DNA of 64,000 nt. Origin: an uncultured Victivallis sp. (lineage in GTDB: Bacteria > Verrucomicrobiota > Lentisphaeria > Victivallales > Victivallaceae). The notes under the pieces were generated by a model. It was not told where the DNA came from. It did not search any database and saw nothing but the letters and a program-made list of their open reading frames with translations. The stretch lies in assembly GCF_944389935.1 (NCBI RefSeq), contig NZ_CALXOE010000010.1, one strand, 5' to 3'. Both the position numbers and the translations under genes were made by a program. This document shows positions 17,251 through 27,724 of this stretch, piece after piece; the first letter of the stretch is position 1, and each line of letters starts with the position of its first letter.

Positions 17251-18243
17251 ATGCGCGATTCCATGAAAACCATCACCATGACGGACGTCGCCCGGGAAGC
17301 CGGAGTCTCGCAAAGCACCGTCTCCCGGGTATTGAACAATGTCCCGTCAATCAGCGATGAGACCTGTGAAAATGTCCGCAAAGCGGTTTTGAAGCTCCGC
17401 TATTGTGTCCGGACCGGCGTGAACCGGACGCAGATCGCCTTTCTGATGTGTCCTTTTTCCGAGCAGCAGAACCCTTTTTCGTTTGATTTCTTCAGCAACA
17501 TGCTGCGCGGCGCCCAGGAAGTTGCCGAACAGGAAAAATACGAACTGCTCATCCGGACGCTCCCGGCCGAATGCCGGAAATTGCCGGAAAATTTGAATCT
17601 GGAACAACTTGCGGGAGTGGTTCTGATCAACTCTCCGACCCGGGAAATCATCGCTCTGCTGAATGAGCGGAAGATTCCGGCGGTGGCGGCCGCCGCCGAC
17701 TCGTTCGAGGAGCCATCCGGGATCGATGTGGTCATCAACGACAATCTTTTTTTCGGGCGCAGCGCCTGCCAGTACATGCTTGAGCGCGGGATCGACAATT
17801 TCGGCATCCTGCTGCCGCGCTGCTACACCACTCGGCTTCTCGGGATCGCCCTCGAGATGAAGCGGCATGGCCGGAAAATCGATCTCGAGTCGCTTCCGCT
17901 TCCGGAAAATACGGAGATCGCCGAGATCATCCGGAGTTTCTGCCGTCTCTGGAGTACCCCTCCCCAACCCCGTGGATTGATCGTCCCCTACTATGTGGCA
18001 GCACAGGCGCTGGAACCCATTTTGAACGGTTACGGGCTGCAGGTTCCGAACGACATTGAAATTTTCACCCTGGGATTTCACGAAGAGCAGACTCACTTTC
18101 CCATGGTGCTGCAGTATCCCTGTGAAATCGGACGCAAATCTATTCAGGCCCTGTTGTGGCGGATTCGGAATCCCGAAAGTATCCCGACCACCTACATGGT
18201 GGGCGCCACCCTGGCAAATATACGAACGCCGGTGAAATCATAA
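17251..18243 (+). CDS. LacI-family transcriptional regulator
   Basis: ITMTDVAREAGVSQSTVSRVLN HTH followed by periplasmic-binding-like domain; start could be 17263. Confidence 0.92.
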   Translation: MRDSMKTITMTDVAREAGVSQSTVSRVLNNVPSISDETCENVRKAVLKLRYCVRTGVNRTQIAFLMCPFSEQQNPFSFDFFSNMLRGAQEVAEQEKYELLIRTLPAECRKLPENLNLEQLAGVVLINSPTREIIALLNERKIPAVAAAADSFEEPSGIDVVINDNLFFGRSACQYMLERGIDNFGILLPRCYTTRLLGIALEMKRHGRKIDLESLPLPENTEIAEIIRSFCRLWSTPPQPRGLIVPYYVAAQALEPILNGYGLQVPNDIEIFTLGFHEEQTHFPMVLQYPCEIGRKSIQALLWRIRNPESIPTTYMVGATLANIRTPVKS

Positions 18244-18341
18244 CCGGGTCAGCAGGAATCAGATCGAACATTTGTACAGCATACGTTCCACATTCAAGTG
18301 AATTGAATTAAAATCTAGTTTAAAAAGAAAGAATCTCCACC

Positions 18342-19313
18342 ATGAATCACAATCTTTACAGAAAAGAGAATATTCTCCACCGTTGCGAACGCAATCCGAT
18401 CATCACGCCTCAGAACATCGGTCTCCCCTACCCGGTAGACGCCGTATTCAACTGCGGTCAAACGACTTATCAGGGGAGGACACTGCTGCTGCTTCCGGTC
18501 GCGCCCGCCCACGGGAACGGGAAACCGGCCATGTATGTAGCCACCAGCGAAAACGGCGTGGATTTTGAGGTGGAACCGGAACCGTTCATCACCTCGCTGA
18601 ACGGGCTGGAACCGGATCTCAAGCTCTTCGACGAGTGGCCGATCGATCCGCGGGTCACGCAGATCGGCGAGTGGTACTACATCATCCGGCCGATTCAGCC
18701 CCGCATTGGAACCGCCTGCATCATGGAGCGGACACGCGATTGGAAAAAACGCGAATATCTGGGTTGTGTGGCGCTGCCCTGCAACCGGGTACCCTGTCTG
18801 TTCCCGGAGACATTCAACGGCCAGTACTGTCGAATCGACCGACCTTACAGTTCGCGTGGGGGTGAACTCTGGATCGCCTATTCGCCCGATCTCCTGCATT
18901 GGGGAAATTACAAGCAGCTTGTTGCCGCACCGGTCAACAACATCTGGGCGAAAGAGAAAATCGGGCCGACCGTTCCGCAGAAAACCTCACGCGGCTGGCT
19001 CGAGATTTTCCATGGGGTGAACACCTACGCGGGGGGCAGCCGTTACTGTCTCGGAGCACTCCTGCTCGACCTGGAAAATCCGGAACGGGTTCTGGGCATG
19101 ACCGACGGCTGGATTCTCTCGCCCGATACCGAATACGAATTCATGGGAAACTGTCAGAACACGGTATTCGCCACCGGCTGCATCGTCGACGAGGAGAAAG
19201 ACCTGGTCCGTGTTTATTATGGTGCAGCGGACACCACCATCGCTCTGGCGTCCGGTTCTCTCACCGAACTGTTAGACGCCTGTACTCTGCAGATCGACCA
19301 GGGATCGCGCTGA
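18342..19313 (+). CDS. GH130-family glycoside phosphorylase/mannosidase
   Basis: [43 protein letters not shown]. Confidence 0.88.
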   Translation: MNHNLYRKENILHRCERNPIITPQNIGLPYPVDAVFNCGQTTYQGRTLLLLPVAPAHGNGKPAMYVATSENGVDFEVEPEPFITSLNGLEPDLKLFDEWPIDPRVTQIGEWYYIIRPIQPRIGTACIMERTRDWKKREYLGCVALPCNRVPCLFPETFNGQYCRIDRPYSSRGGELWIAYSPDLLHWGNYKQLVAAPVNNIWAKEKIGPTVPQKTSRGWLEIFHGVNTYAGGSRYCLGALLLDLENPERVLGMTDGWILSPDTEYEFMGNCQNTVFATGCIVDEEKDLVRVYYGAADTTIALASGSLTELLDACTLQIDQGSR

Positions 19314-19443
19314 GGCGGTGTCCAGGAACATATTATGGAATTCCGGCAGCAAACAACCATTCAGTCAAAGGAGAAGCAAAGTGTCAATCGTATCAGGAAA
19401 CCATTCCGCAATGCACCGTTCGCAAAACACAAGGAGGGAGAGG

Positions 19444-20148
19444 ATGAAACGTTACTTTACACTCATTGAATTATTAGTTGTCATTGCGATCATCGCAATT
19501 CTGGCCTCCATGCTGCTGCCGGCACTCAACCAGGCACGGGCCAGAGGCCGGGCGGCAACCTGCATGAACAACTTGAAAGCGGTTGGAAATGCAAACACAT
19601 TTTACTCCGTCGATTACAACGACTTCGACGTTCGATTCCACGACGGCCAATTTGCGCAGCAATGGGTCTGGAGTGCGCAGTTTCTGCAATATCTTGGCGT
19701 TCAGACGGAAATAAAAAATGACGGGATTCAGGTTTCCAAAGTGAATTGCGTTCCGTTCGACAAACTCTGTCCGGAGAAATTCAGCATGGAGCCCAATGCG
19801 GAAACCGGAAAATACCAGATCTCCTCCTATGCGAAAAATGCTGATGGCCTGAACGACTATCTTGGCAGAAGCAGCGGCAGCAATCCCTGGGAGTTTATCT
19901 ACAAATTCACCCGCGTCAAAAATCCTTCCGCTAAAATTCATCATACGGAGACTTTCAATGATTCCAGCCGGACGGGAATCTGGCAGGTGGTCAGAAAGTA
20001 CGCCCAGTCGCCAACTCTCTATCTGACGGACAACGGCGTACACTTCATCCATTCGAGTCGGGCCAATGTACTTTTCTTCGACGGGCACGTCGTTGCGATG
20101 AGCCAGCCGGAACTGTACCAGGAGGAATTGTGGTATTCCTACCGCTGA
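19444..20148 (+). CDS. Prepilin-type N-terminal cleavage/methylation domain protein with H-X9-DG motif (DUF1559-like)
   Basis: [25 protein letters not shown]-terminus; [15 protein letters not shown]-terminus; alternative in-frame GTG at 19381. Confidence 0.92.
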   Translation: MKRYFTLIELLVVIAIIAILASMLLPALNQARARGRAATCMNNLKAVGNANTFYSVDYNDFDVRFHDGQFAQQWVWSAQFLQYLGVQTEIKNDGIQVSKVNCVPFDKLCPEKFSMEPNAETGKYQISSYAKNADGLNDYLGRSSGSNPWEFIYKFTRVKNPSAKIHHTETFNDSSRTGIWQVVRKYAQSPTLYLTDNGVHFIHSSRANVLFFDGHVVAMSQPELYQEELWYSYR

Positions 20149-20200
20149 CAGCGCACGAACACGATTCCGCGGACAGACAACTCTGTTCGCGGAGATAAAT

Positions 20201-20234
20201 TAAAACCACCGGCTCGATCGGTGGTTTTATTTTC
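20201..20234. terminator. Bidirectional terminator between convergent genes
   Basis: AAAACCACCG / CGGTGGTTTT inverted repeat. Confidence 0.8.
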
Positions 20235-20250
20235 TTGAATTGCGAATTTT

Positions 20251-21981
20251 TCAACGGCTGTTCCTGCGCCGGTACGAGTGCGGCGGAACACCGTCATACG
20301 TTTGATCCGAACGGTTTACCAGCAGTACGCTCCCGCCGGAATAGGTGATGAGGGCAACGTTTTCCGCCAAAGTCTCATACCGTTCCATGAACTCGAACTG
20401 CAGATCACGCAATTCCCGGTAACGGTCGTACTGTTCCCGGATCCGGCTCACGCACCAGCGCATCTCCTCATCGGTCGCCGCGGTGCAGTCCTGTTCTCCC
20501 ATCCAGTTCACCCCCGAACTCAGGAACTTGGAGTAGAAATAGGCAAATGGCCGACCGCCGTACTCCACCATCCGGAGTTCCGGATCGGGATCATCAGTAC
20601 GGATCGCGGAGTTGACCGTTTCACAGGTCGGATTGTAACTCAGAATTCCATGATAGACCAGAAACCAGAGCGGAATCTTCTCGTCACAGATCGGCGGCAG
20701 CGGCGCGTCCGGCGTGAAAATCGCGTAAAGCACGTAATCCATCTCCGCCGCGCAGAAGTCGAACGGCCCCTCGGAACCGCTCGCACCGATCTCCTCCCGC
20801 GCCAGAGCCATCGTCTTCGCCCGCCAGCGCGCCGCCTCGGTACGAGTCAGCGGGTGCGCCGGATCGTAACAACGCCGGGTCGGAACGATGCTCATCACGT
20901 CGAAATAGTGCATGCCGCGAAAACCGAACGCCTTGAGTTCGCGGAGATCCTGCACGGCATAATGTTCGTAAGCCGCTTTCGGGCAAGGGAAATAGGATTG
21001 TCCCCCTCCCCATCTTCCTCCAGGAACGATCTCACCGTTGCGGTCTTTGATCATATCTTCCCGGCGCCACCGCGAAGCGATGGTATAGGAATCGTAAACA
21101 TTTGTATGGCAACTGATGAGGTATCCGTAAGCGTGCGCTCTGGCGATCACATTCCGCATTCCCTCTTCCCCGCCGAGCAGCGGCTCGACCGGATAGAGAT
21201 CCGGGAAACGTCCGTCGTGCCCGGATTTGTTCCAGCCGACGAGCTGAAACTCCGCATGTTCAATCCCCTGGCGATGAAACTCATCCATGAGTTCGCAGAC
21301 CCGGTCGAACGTCATCGCCACATGTATTGGCGGCTCGTTTTCCGGAGTCTGCTCCAGAACCGGAGGAGGAACCGGTTTCCATGCCAGCCGCAGTCGAACC
21401 AGCGGCCCCTCCGCCATCTCCGCCAGAACCGGGTAACGCCGGCTGCGTTCCCGCAGCGGGACACAATCCTTTTCGAGCCGGTACCGGCGATACCGCCGCG
21501 CCATACCGGAATAATCCGCCTCGCTCCCCTCCAGCGCAAAAAAGCGAAGTTCCAGATCTTCCGGAGCGCCGTCCTCATAGAGGCGGAAACGCGGATACAG
21601 AGAGTATTCCCCGTTCCGACAGGCGGCAATCAGGTCGTAATCGAGCGCCATACCCGTGACCACGGCAAGCAGGCCTCTGCCGTTCCGGACGATCCCGTAA
21701 AGCGGCATCGGATGGCGCGGGAAACACGCCTCAGTGTCAGGTCTCGCGCGAAAGCGGATCAACGCAGAGTGACAGGGATTCCCCTCCTCCCCCATAAACG
21801 TATTCGGGACAACCATATAGCCATCCTCCCCCGCCCGGGCGCAAAACGCATCGTGCCGGATCTCGACGTAGCGGACGCCCGCGGGAATCTCCTCTTTCGC
21901 GAGCCGGAAGTGATTCTCCGGTTCCGGACAGCAGCGCCGTTCGCGGGTACCGTCGGATTTGACCAGATCAATAATCAGCAT
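20251..21981 (-). CDS. Putative glycoside hydrolase, DUF5696/GH101-GH129-like TIM barrel
   Basis: LVGWNKSGHDGRFPDLYP, SCHTNVYDSY, GMHYFDV, SGSEG motifs; start set at ATG 21981 overlapping upstream stop. Confidence 0.55.
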   Translation of the reverse strand: MLIIDLVKSDGTRERRCCPEPENHFRLAKEEIPAGVRYVEIRHDAFCARAGEDGYMVVPNTFMGEEGNPCHSALIRFRARPDTEACFPRHPMPLYGIVRNGRGLLAVVTGMALDYDLIAACRNGEYSLYPRFRLYEDGAPEDLELRFFALEGSEADYSGMARRYRRYRLEKDCVPLRERSRRYPVLAEMAEGPLVRLRLAWKPVPPPVLEQTPENEPPIHVAMTFDRVCELMDEFHRQGIEHAEFQLVGWNKSGHDGRFPDLYPVEPLLGGEEGMRNVIARAHAYGYLISCHTNVYDSYTIASRWRREDMIKDRNGEIVPGGRWGGGQSYFPCPKAAYEHYAVQDLRELKAFGFRGMHYFDVMSIVPTRRCYDPAHPLTRTEAARWRAKTMALAREEIGASGSEGPFDFCAAEMDYVLYAIFTPDAPLPPICDEKIPLWFLVYHGILSYNPTCETVNSAIRTDDPDPELRMVEYGGRPFAYFYSKFLSSGVNWMGEQDCTAATDEEMRWCVSRIREQYDRYRELRDLQFEFMERYETLAENVALITYSGGSVLLVNRSDQTYDGVPPHSYRRRNSR

Positions 21982-23263
21982 ATTCTTTCCTTTCACAAAC
22001 TTTTTCTGCAAGTTTCACCACCGGAAAAGGCGGCAGCAGCGCGAGCAGCCGTTTCGCTTCCCGGAGTTTCTCCGGCTCGTCGCAGACCGTGACGCAGCGA
22101 TCGAAAATCGCAGCGATCTCCGCAAACACTTCCGGCCCGGGCTGTTCTCGCGGCGGCGACTCCCGAAACGCGAGTCGAGGCGCGGAGGCGGCATATCGTG
22201 CCGCCGAGCTCCCGGCAATGCGGCCGAATACGAGCGTCTCAAGCCCCGCATTCCCGCCGAGACGATCGCGCCCGTGAATTCCTCCTGTACACTCGCCCGC
22301 GGCGAAGAGCCCCGGGACACTGGTCGCGCCATCAGGATCGATCTCCAACCCGCCGAGCGTGGTGTGGGGCGCCGGGCGCACGGAAAAGCGCGGCGGCCAC
22401 GGCTGAAACCGTCGGAAGTATTCGGGGTATCGCTCAGCAAAACGCCGCTCATCCACGCCGGAAAAATCGTAAAAAACCTCTCCTCCGCGATCGATTTCCT
22501 GTTGAATCTGCCGCGCAAGCTCCCGTTTCCGGGGCGCGGGGGACAACCGGTCGCCGCGTTCGGTGAGCAGTTCCGCCCCCTCCCGCAGAGCAGTGGTGAT
22601 GACCGGAAATCCGTCCGCCGTGACGGTCGGCTCGAACTGGATGAATCCGACTCCGCGCAACCGTGCGCCGACGCTCATCCCCAGAGTCAAGGCCTCTCCC
22701 CGCAGCTTTTTGCTCCACGTGGAGCGTTTCCAGAGTCCGGCGAAGCCGCCGCCGGCGAGAACAACCGCCCGGGTGGAGATGATTTCACCGGATTCCAGTC
22801 GGGCACCCGCGACGGCGCCGCCATCGGCGGTGAAGAGTTCCGTCACCCGTTCCCGCAGGACGGGCCGCGCCAGACGCTCCATCACCTGTTTTCCCGTGGT
22901 CGTGCCGGAGTGAACCACGCGCGGGAAACTCGTTCCCAGCGCCGGAACCATATCGTAACTCCCGGCAGCGGTGCGGTCGAAAACGATGCCGAGCCGCTCC
23001 AGGCGTTTCAACTCCCGCAACGCGCGGCTGCACAAAACCCGGACCAGTGCCGGATCGGACTCTCCGCCGCCGGAACGGATGGTATCTTCAAACATCCGTT
23101 CCGGCGAATCCGGCTCGTTCGCCGGGGCGGAAAAGCCCATGATCTCCGTCGAGGCGGCACCACCGGCATCCGCCAGTATGACCGAAAGTTCCGGTGGAAC
23201 CTCCGCCGCCGCCGACAGTCCGGCGATTCCCCCGCCGACGATGAGGACGTCACACTTCAGCAT
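21968..23263 (-). CDS. FAD-dependent oxidoreductase, NadB/SdhA/FrdA flavoprotein-like
   Basis: GGGIAGL Rossmann motif, AAGEC.GGIHG..RLGGN, HTTLGG. Confidence 0.8.
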   Translation of the reverse strand: MLKCDVLIVGGGIAGLSAAAEVPPELSVILADAGGAASTEIMGFSAPANEPDSPERMFEDTIRSGGGESDPALVRVLCSRALRELKRLERLGIVFDRTAAGSYDMVPALGTSFPRVVHSGTTTGKQVMERLARPVLRERVTELFTADGGAVAGARLESGEIISTRAVVLAGGGFAGLWKRSTWSKKLRGEALTLGMSVGARLRGVGFIQFEPTVTADGFPVITTALREGAELLTERGDRLSPAPRKRELARQIQQEIDRGGEVFYDFSGVDERRFAERYPEYFRRFQPWPPRFSVRPAPHTTLGGLEIDPDGATSVPGLFAAGECTGGIHGRDRLGGNAGLETLVFGRIAGSSAARYAASAPRLAFRESPPREQPGPEVFAEIAAIFDRCVTVCDEPEKLREAKRLLALLPPFPVVKLAEKVCERKEYADY

Positions 23264-24912
23264 TCCCAGGCCGCTCCCTCGGCCAGCGAACCCGCGTTGC
23301 GGCAGAACAGCCGCAGAAACGGCGGAACTCCGGAGGGATCAAACTGCCAGCTCCAGGTGCGTTTGCGCTCCTCGAGTTCCGACTGCGGCACGCAGAGTTC
23401 CAGTTTCCGTTCCTCGAGATCGATCTCAATCCGGTCTCCGTCATGGACGAGCGCCAGCGGCCCCCCGAGTGCGGCCTCGGGCGAAAGATATCCGATGGAG
23501 AGTCCGCTCGAACCGCCGGAGAACCGTCCGTCGGTCACAATCGCAACGTCCCGGTCGAGACCGCGCCCCTTGAGCTCTTTCTGGAACACGTAAGCGGTCG
23601 TTCCGAACGCGGCCCGCGGCCCCAGATAGCGCAGAACCGCAACATCTCCCGGGCGGATTTCCCCCGAGTTGAGGGCCGCCAATGCCGAATCGAGCGAATC
23701 AAAACAGCGCGCGCGCCCGGTAAACGTCCGGATGTCGCAGGCTCCGGCCTTGATGATCGCCCCGTCCGGCGCGAGCGAGCCGTAAAGCACGTAAAGCGAA
23801 CCATCCTGCCGGACCGGTCGGTCGAGCGGGCGGATCACCTCCGGATCATAGATCGGGCTGTCCGCATAATTTTCCGCCAGAGTCCGGCCGGTCACGGTCA
23901 GGGCTTCTCCATGGAGTTTCGGCATCAGTGTGCGCAGAATCGCCCGCGTTCCTCCCGCCCGGTCGACTTCCTGCAGATGACACGGGCCGCTCGGCGAAGC
24001 CGCGACGATCTGCGGGATCTCGCGGGAGGCACGATCGAACGAGCTCCAGAATTTGCCCGTCAATCCGGCTTCCCGCGCGATCGCCGGCAGGTGCATGATG
24101 AGATTGGTCGAACCCGCCGTCGCCATCGTCAGCGCGATGGCGTTTTCGATCGCTCCGGCAGTGAGAATCCGGCGCGCGGTGATATTCTCCCGCAGCAGTT
24201 CCATGATCCGGAGTCCCGCCCGGTACGCAGTCTGCAGCAGCTCCGATCCGGTCGCCGCCATGCAGCCGTTGCCGGGAAGCGTCATTCCGAGCGCCTCCGC
24301 GGCGAAACACATGCTGTTTGCAGTGGTCATCACGCCGCAGGCACCGCAGGGGGAGTACATGCCGGCGACCTCGCGTTCGGCCTGGGTCCGGTCATATTCG
24401 CCTTTCATGGCTTTGCCGACGTGGTCAGTCAATTCGATGTAGTTCACGCTTCTCCCCTCGAACAGCGGCATCGGCATATATCCGCCCGTGACCATGATGG
24501 TCGGGATATCCAGCCGGGCCGCCGCCATCAGATGGCCCGGCACGATCGAATCGCAGGTGGAGAGCAGCACCATCGCATCGAACATGTTGCTTTCGACGAT
24601 CAGTTCCACCTCATCGGCAATCAGATTCCGGCTCGGGAGTTCGATGTAGCGCGGATTCTTGAGGACCATGCCGTCGCAGACCGCCGAAGTCATGACCTCA
24701 AACGGCAATCCGCCCGCTTCGCGGATGCCCTGTTTGACGCGCTCTGCGAGCGTCCGCAGATGAAGATGGCCGGGATTGTACTCATTCCAGGAGTTCACCA
24801 CCGCGACGATGGGGCGCTGGAACTCCTCCTGAGTGTACCCCATTCCGCGGATGAGTCCCCGGCGGCATTCGCCGGCGACGCCGTAAGGAAGTGCACTTCT
24901 CATCTCTTTCAT
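23257..24912 (-). CDS. IlvD/Edd-family dehydratase with atypical metal-site motif
   Basis: RPIVAVVNSWNEYNPGH, GACGVMTTANSM, GSTN..MHLPAIA, VTDGRFSG; start set at 24912 after GGAGG. Confidence 0.88.
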   Translation of the reverse strand: MKEMRSALPYGVAGECRRGLIRGMGYTQEEFQRPIVAVVNSWNEYNPGHLHLRTLAERVKQGIREAGGLPFEVMTSAVCDGMVLKNPRYIELPSRNLIADEVELIVESNMFDAMVLLSTCDSIVPGHLMAAARLDIPTIMVTGGYMPMPLFEGRSVNYIELTDHVGKAMKGEYDRTQAEREVAGMYSPCGACGVMTTANSMCFAAEALGMTLPGNGCMAATGSELLQTAYRAGLRIMELLRENITARRILTAGAIENAIALTMATAGSTNLIMHLPAIAREAGLTGKFWSSFDRASREIPQIVAASPSGPCHLQEVDRAGGTRAILRTLMPKLHGEALTVTGRTLAENYADSPIYDPEVIRPLDRPVRQDGSLYVLYGSLAPDGAIIKAGACDIRTFTGRARCFDSLDSALAALNSGEIRPGDVAVLRYLGPRAAFGTTAYVFQKELKGRGLDRDVAIVTDGRFSGGSSGLSIGYLSPEAALGGPLALVHDGDRIEIDLEERKLELCVPQSELEERKRTWSWQFDPSGVPPFLRLFCRNAGSLAEGAAWEC

Positions 24913-24913
24913 T

Positions 24914-25705
24914 TCACGCCTCCTCGAGCATGGAGTCGATTCCGCCGAAAATCGACTGGCCGCCATCGATGACGAAAGTCTGCCCGGTGATGAAAGCGGA
25001 TTTCTCCGGATCGGCGAGAAAGAGCATCATCGGAGTCACATCCTCGACCTGACCGAGTCTCCCCAGCGGAATTTTCCGCCGGAATGCAGCCATATCCTCC
25101 GGCGTGTAACGTTCGGAGATTTTGGTCAGAATGAAACCCGGGGCGATGCAGTTCACATTGATTCCATACGGGGCGACCTCCACCGCCAGCGCTTTCGTGA
25201 ACATCTCGAGCCCGGCTTTGGCCGGAGAGTACGGCAGCATCCGGCGTTTGACCCAGGTGATCCGGCCGTGAATCGAGCTCACGTTGATGATCCGCCCCGC
25301 GACCTTCCTCGCAATCATATCCCGCAACGCGATCCGGGAAGTGTAGGCCGCGGCGGAGAGATTCAGTTCGATCTGGCTCTTCCAGTACTCCACCGGCATA
25401 TCGATGAATCCCCCGGCCGGGATTTTCAACGCACCTCCCGCATTGTTGACCAGAACCTCGATTCCGCCGAAGCGCGAGAGAAACGCCTCCACAAGTTTTT
25501 CGCATTCGACGCTGCTGGTCACGTCCGCGCCGAACGCCTCCGCCTCCCCCCCCGCATTCCGGATCTCCTCGACGACCTTTTCCGCTCCGGCAGGATTCCG
25601 GAAATAGTTGACCCCCACCCGGTATCCCTCCCGCGCAAACGCTTTCGCCGTCGCCGCACCGATCCCGTGCGAAGCTCCCGTAATCAGTACTCGTTTCATT
25701 TGCAT
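24914..25705 (-). CDS. Short-chain dehydrogenase/reductase
   Basis: TGASHGIG, NNAG, YSPAK, IAPG motifs. Confidence 0.93.
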   Translation of the reverse strand: MQMKRVLITGASHGIGAATAKAFAREGYRVGVNYFRNPAGAEKVVEEIRNAGGEAEAFGADVTSSVECEKLVEAFLSRFGGIEVLVNNAGGALKIPAGGFIDMPVEYWKSQIELNLSAAAYTSRIALRDMIARKVAGRIINVSSIHGRITWVKRRMLPYSPAKAGLEMFTKALAVEVAPYGINVNCIAPGFILTKISERYTPEDMAAFRRKIPLGRLGQVEDVTPMMLFLADPEKSAFITGQTFVIDGGQSIFGGIDSMLEEA

Positions 25706-25715
25706 CCTCCTGTTT

Positions 25716-25733
25716 TATCGAAATAGATATAAT
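25716..25733. promoter_or_regulatory. TATC-N6-GATA operator candidate, copy upstream of the SDR gene
   Basis: TATCgaaataGATATAAT matches copies at 27.7 kb and 34.5 kb. Confidence 0.5.
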
Positions 25734-25747
25734 AAAAGAAAAAAAGA

Positions 25748-26875
25748 TCAGACAAACTGTTCATAAGCGAGTCTCGCCGCGCCGAGCGCCGACCCGAATT
25801 CCCCCAGAGAGGTGATACCGATCGAGCAGTTGCTCCGTTCCGGCGGCAGAAGAGACTGAAGCTGCCGGAGGGTTTCATTGTAAAGAAATCCGTCCGGCCG
25901 GCTCTGCCCCCCCGTGAAGATCAACGCCTCCGGAGAATAGAGCTGAATCATCGCCGCAATTCCGGCGGCATTGTACTGCGCGGCCTGGATCATCATTCCG
26001 GCGGCATCCGCATCGCCCGCGGCGGCGAACCGGTCGAGAGCCGCCGCATCATGAAGTTCCGGCCGTCCGGGAAACCGCTCCGCGGCGATGGCCGCGAGAT
26101 AATGGCCACCGGAAAACGCCTCGAGACATCCGCGGAAACCGCAGCTGCACAACCGATTGTTCCCGGGAATCAGGATGTGGCCGATATAGCCGACCGGCCG
26201 TTGAGGATGGCTGATGAGCAAATGATGATTCACAACCGCCCCCGATCCGATTCCGACTCCGAGACCGACTGTTACGAGATTCCCGCATCCGCGATTCCGG
26301 CCGAAATGGTACTCCGCCGCGGCGACACCGACCTGCGTGGTCACGGCGAAAACCGGCACCCCGAACCGGGCGGCGATCTCCGCCACCGGCAGATCCGTCC
26401 CGCGTTTCATCCCGAAGTTTCCTCCGGAAACGATGATTCCACGCTCGGAATCGATCACGCCGGAAACGGAGAGCCCGACCGCAACCGGGCGAAACTCCTC
26501 GAGACTCCTGCGGCAGACCCCATCGAGCCATTCCACAAAACGGGCCGGATCGCGAAACCGCTCCGTCGGGCATTTCTCCCGGTGGATCTCCCGGAAATTC
26601 AGGTCGCAGAAGAGAATCCGCGTCGTCTCGGAACCGACGTCGATTCCGCCATACACGATGCTGTCGGCATTGATGCACAGCGGCACGGTCGGCCGCCCCG
26701 GAGCGACGCTCTTCGACTGTCTGGCAAAGACGAGTCCCCGTGCCAGCAGATTCTCCACCGTTTTGTACATGGTTCCCCATGCCAGTCCGGTACGGGCGGC
26801 AATCTCCTTGCGCGACGCTTCTCCGCGCATTTCCCGGATCGCGTCAAGTACTTTTACGTTGTTGGTGTAATGCAT
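25748..26875 (-). CDS. ROK-family transcriptional regulator
   Basis: N-terminal HTH (SRKEIAARTGL), GIDVG, GVGIGSG, CSCGFRGCLE zinc motif. Confidence 0.9.
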   Translation of the reverse strand: MHYTNNVKVLDAIREMRGEASRKEIAARTGLAWGTMYKTVENLLARGLVFARQSKSVAPGRPTVPLCINADSIVYGGIDVGSETTRILFCDLNFREIHREKCPTERFRDPARFVEWLDGVCRRSLEEFRPVAVGLSVSGVIDSERGIIVSGGNFGMKRGTDLPVAEIAARFGVPVFAVTTQVGVAAAEYHFGRNRGCGNLVTVGLGVGIGSGAVVNHHLLISHPQRPVGYIGHILIPGNNRLCSCGFRGCLEAFSGGHYLAAIAAERFPGRPELHDAAALDRFAAAGDADAAGMMIQAAQYNAAGIAAMIQLYSPEALIFTGGQSRPDGFLYNETLRQLQSLLPPERSNCSIGITSLGEFGSALGAARLAYEQFV

Positions 26876-27693
26876 TGCTTCAGATGTTCCCGGACCGTGT
26901 AAAGCGGCAGAAACAGATACTTCGGAACCGTCCCGCCGATTTCCCCGATCAGCCGCACCGCGATCTCCGCCATCGGCAGATCACGGTGCGATTGAATAAA
27001 AGTATCATAAATACGGATGAATTCAAGTGCATCATCGAGAGAATTTCCACCAATATAATCATGACCGGGTACGATATTGCCGATCCGCTCCCGCCGCAGC
27101 CGTTCAATCGATTTCCGATAGGCCGGCAGATCCATGTAAAGGGCACACCCCTGAGCCGTCGTACCGTTCCATTGCAGCGAATCGCCGCTGAGCAGCGTCC
27201 CGCTCTCTTCGTCGAGGTAACAGACGCAGTCGCTGTCGTGTCCGGGCGTGGCGATGACCCGGAGCCGGCCGATCCGGTCGCCGTCCTGAAAAATCCATTC
27301 GGGATCCACGCCCTGCAGAACCGGCGGCGGCGCAGGGCTGTACTCGGGAAACTCGTTCCGAATGCGTCGGCTGCAATCCAGCGGATCCAGCAGTTTGGAG
27401 GCTCCGGACTCGATTACACCGCACTTCACGCCGAGTTCCCGGAGCCGGTGATGCCCGCCGACATGATCTCCATGCGTATGCGTGCAGAGCAGCCAGTCGA
27501 TCTTGTCCACGTTCAGCCCGGCCGACTCGAGCGCCGGTAAAATACAGTCATCCACGGTCGTCCGGTCGGCACCGGAGTCAATCAGCAGATTCTGTCTCCC
27601 GCATACGAGATAGACCCCGCTCCAAACCTGCCCGAACGGAGTCCTCAGCAGGCCGATCCCCGGTGCAATTTTCTCAAAATTTACCCGATTCAT
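26854..27693 (-). CDS. Metallo-beta-lactamase-fold hydrolase
   Basis: HTHGDH, PGHD, SGDSL, PGH metal-binding motifs. Confidence 0.88.
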   Translation of the reverse strand: MNRVNFEKIAPGIGLLRTPFGQVWSGVYLVCGRQNLLIDSGADRTTVDDCILPALESAGLNVDKIDWLLCTHTHGDHVGGHHRLRELGVKCGVIESGASKLLDPLDCSRRIRNEFPEYSPAPPPVLQGVDPEWIFQDGDRIGRLRVIATPGHDSDCVCYLDEESGTLLSGDSLQWNGTTAQGCALYMDLPAYRKSIERLRRERIGNIVPGHDYIGGNSLDDALEFIRIYDTFIQSHRDLPMAEIAVRLIGEIGGTVPKYLFLPLYTVREHLKQCITPTT

Positions 27694-27694
27694 C

Positions 27695-27723
27695 TTGACA
27701 ACTCCCATTTTTCAGAGTATGAT
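27695..27723 (+). promoter_or_regulatory. Sigma70-type promoter of the DUF1116 gene
   Basis: TTGACA-N17-TATGAT. Confidence 0.75.
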
Positions 27724-27724
27724 A

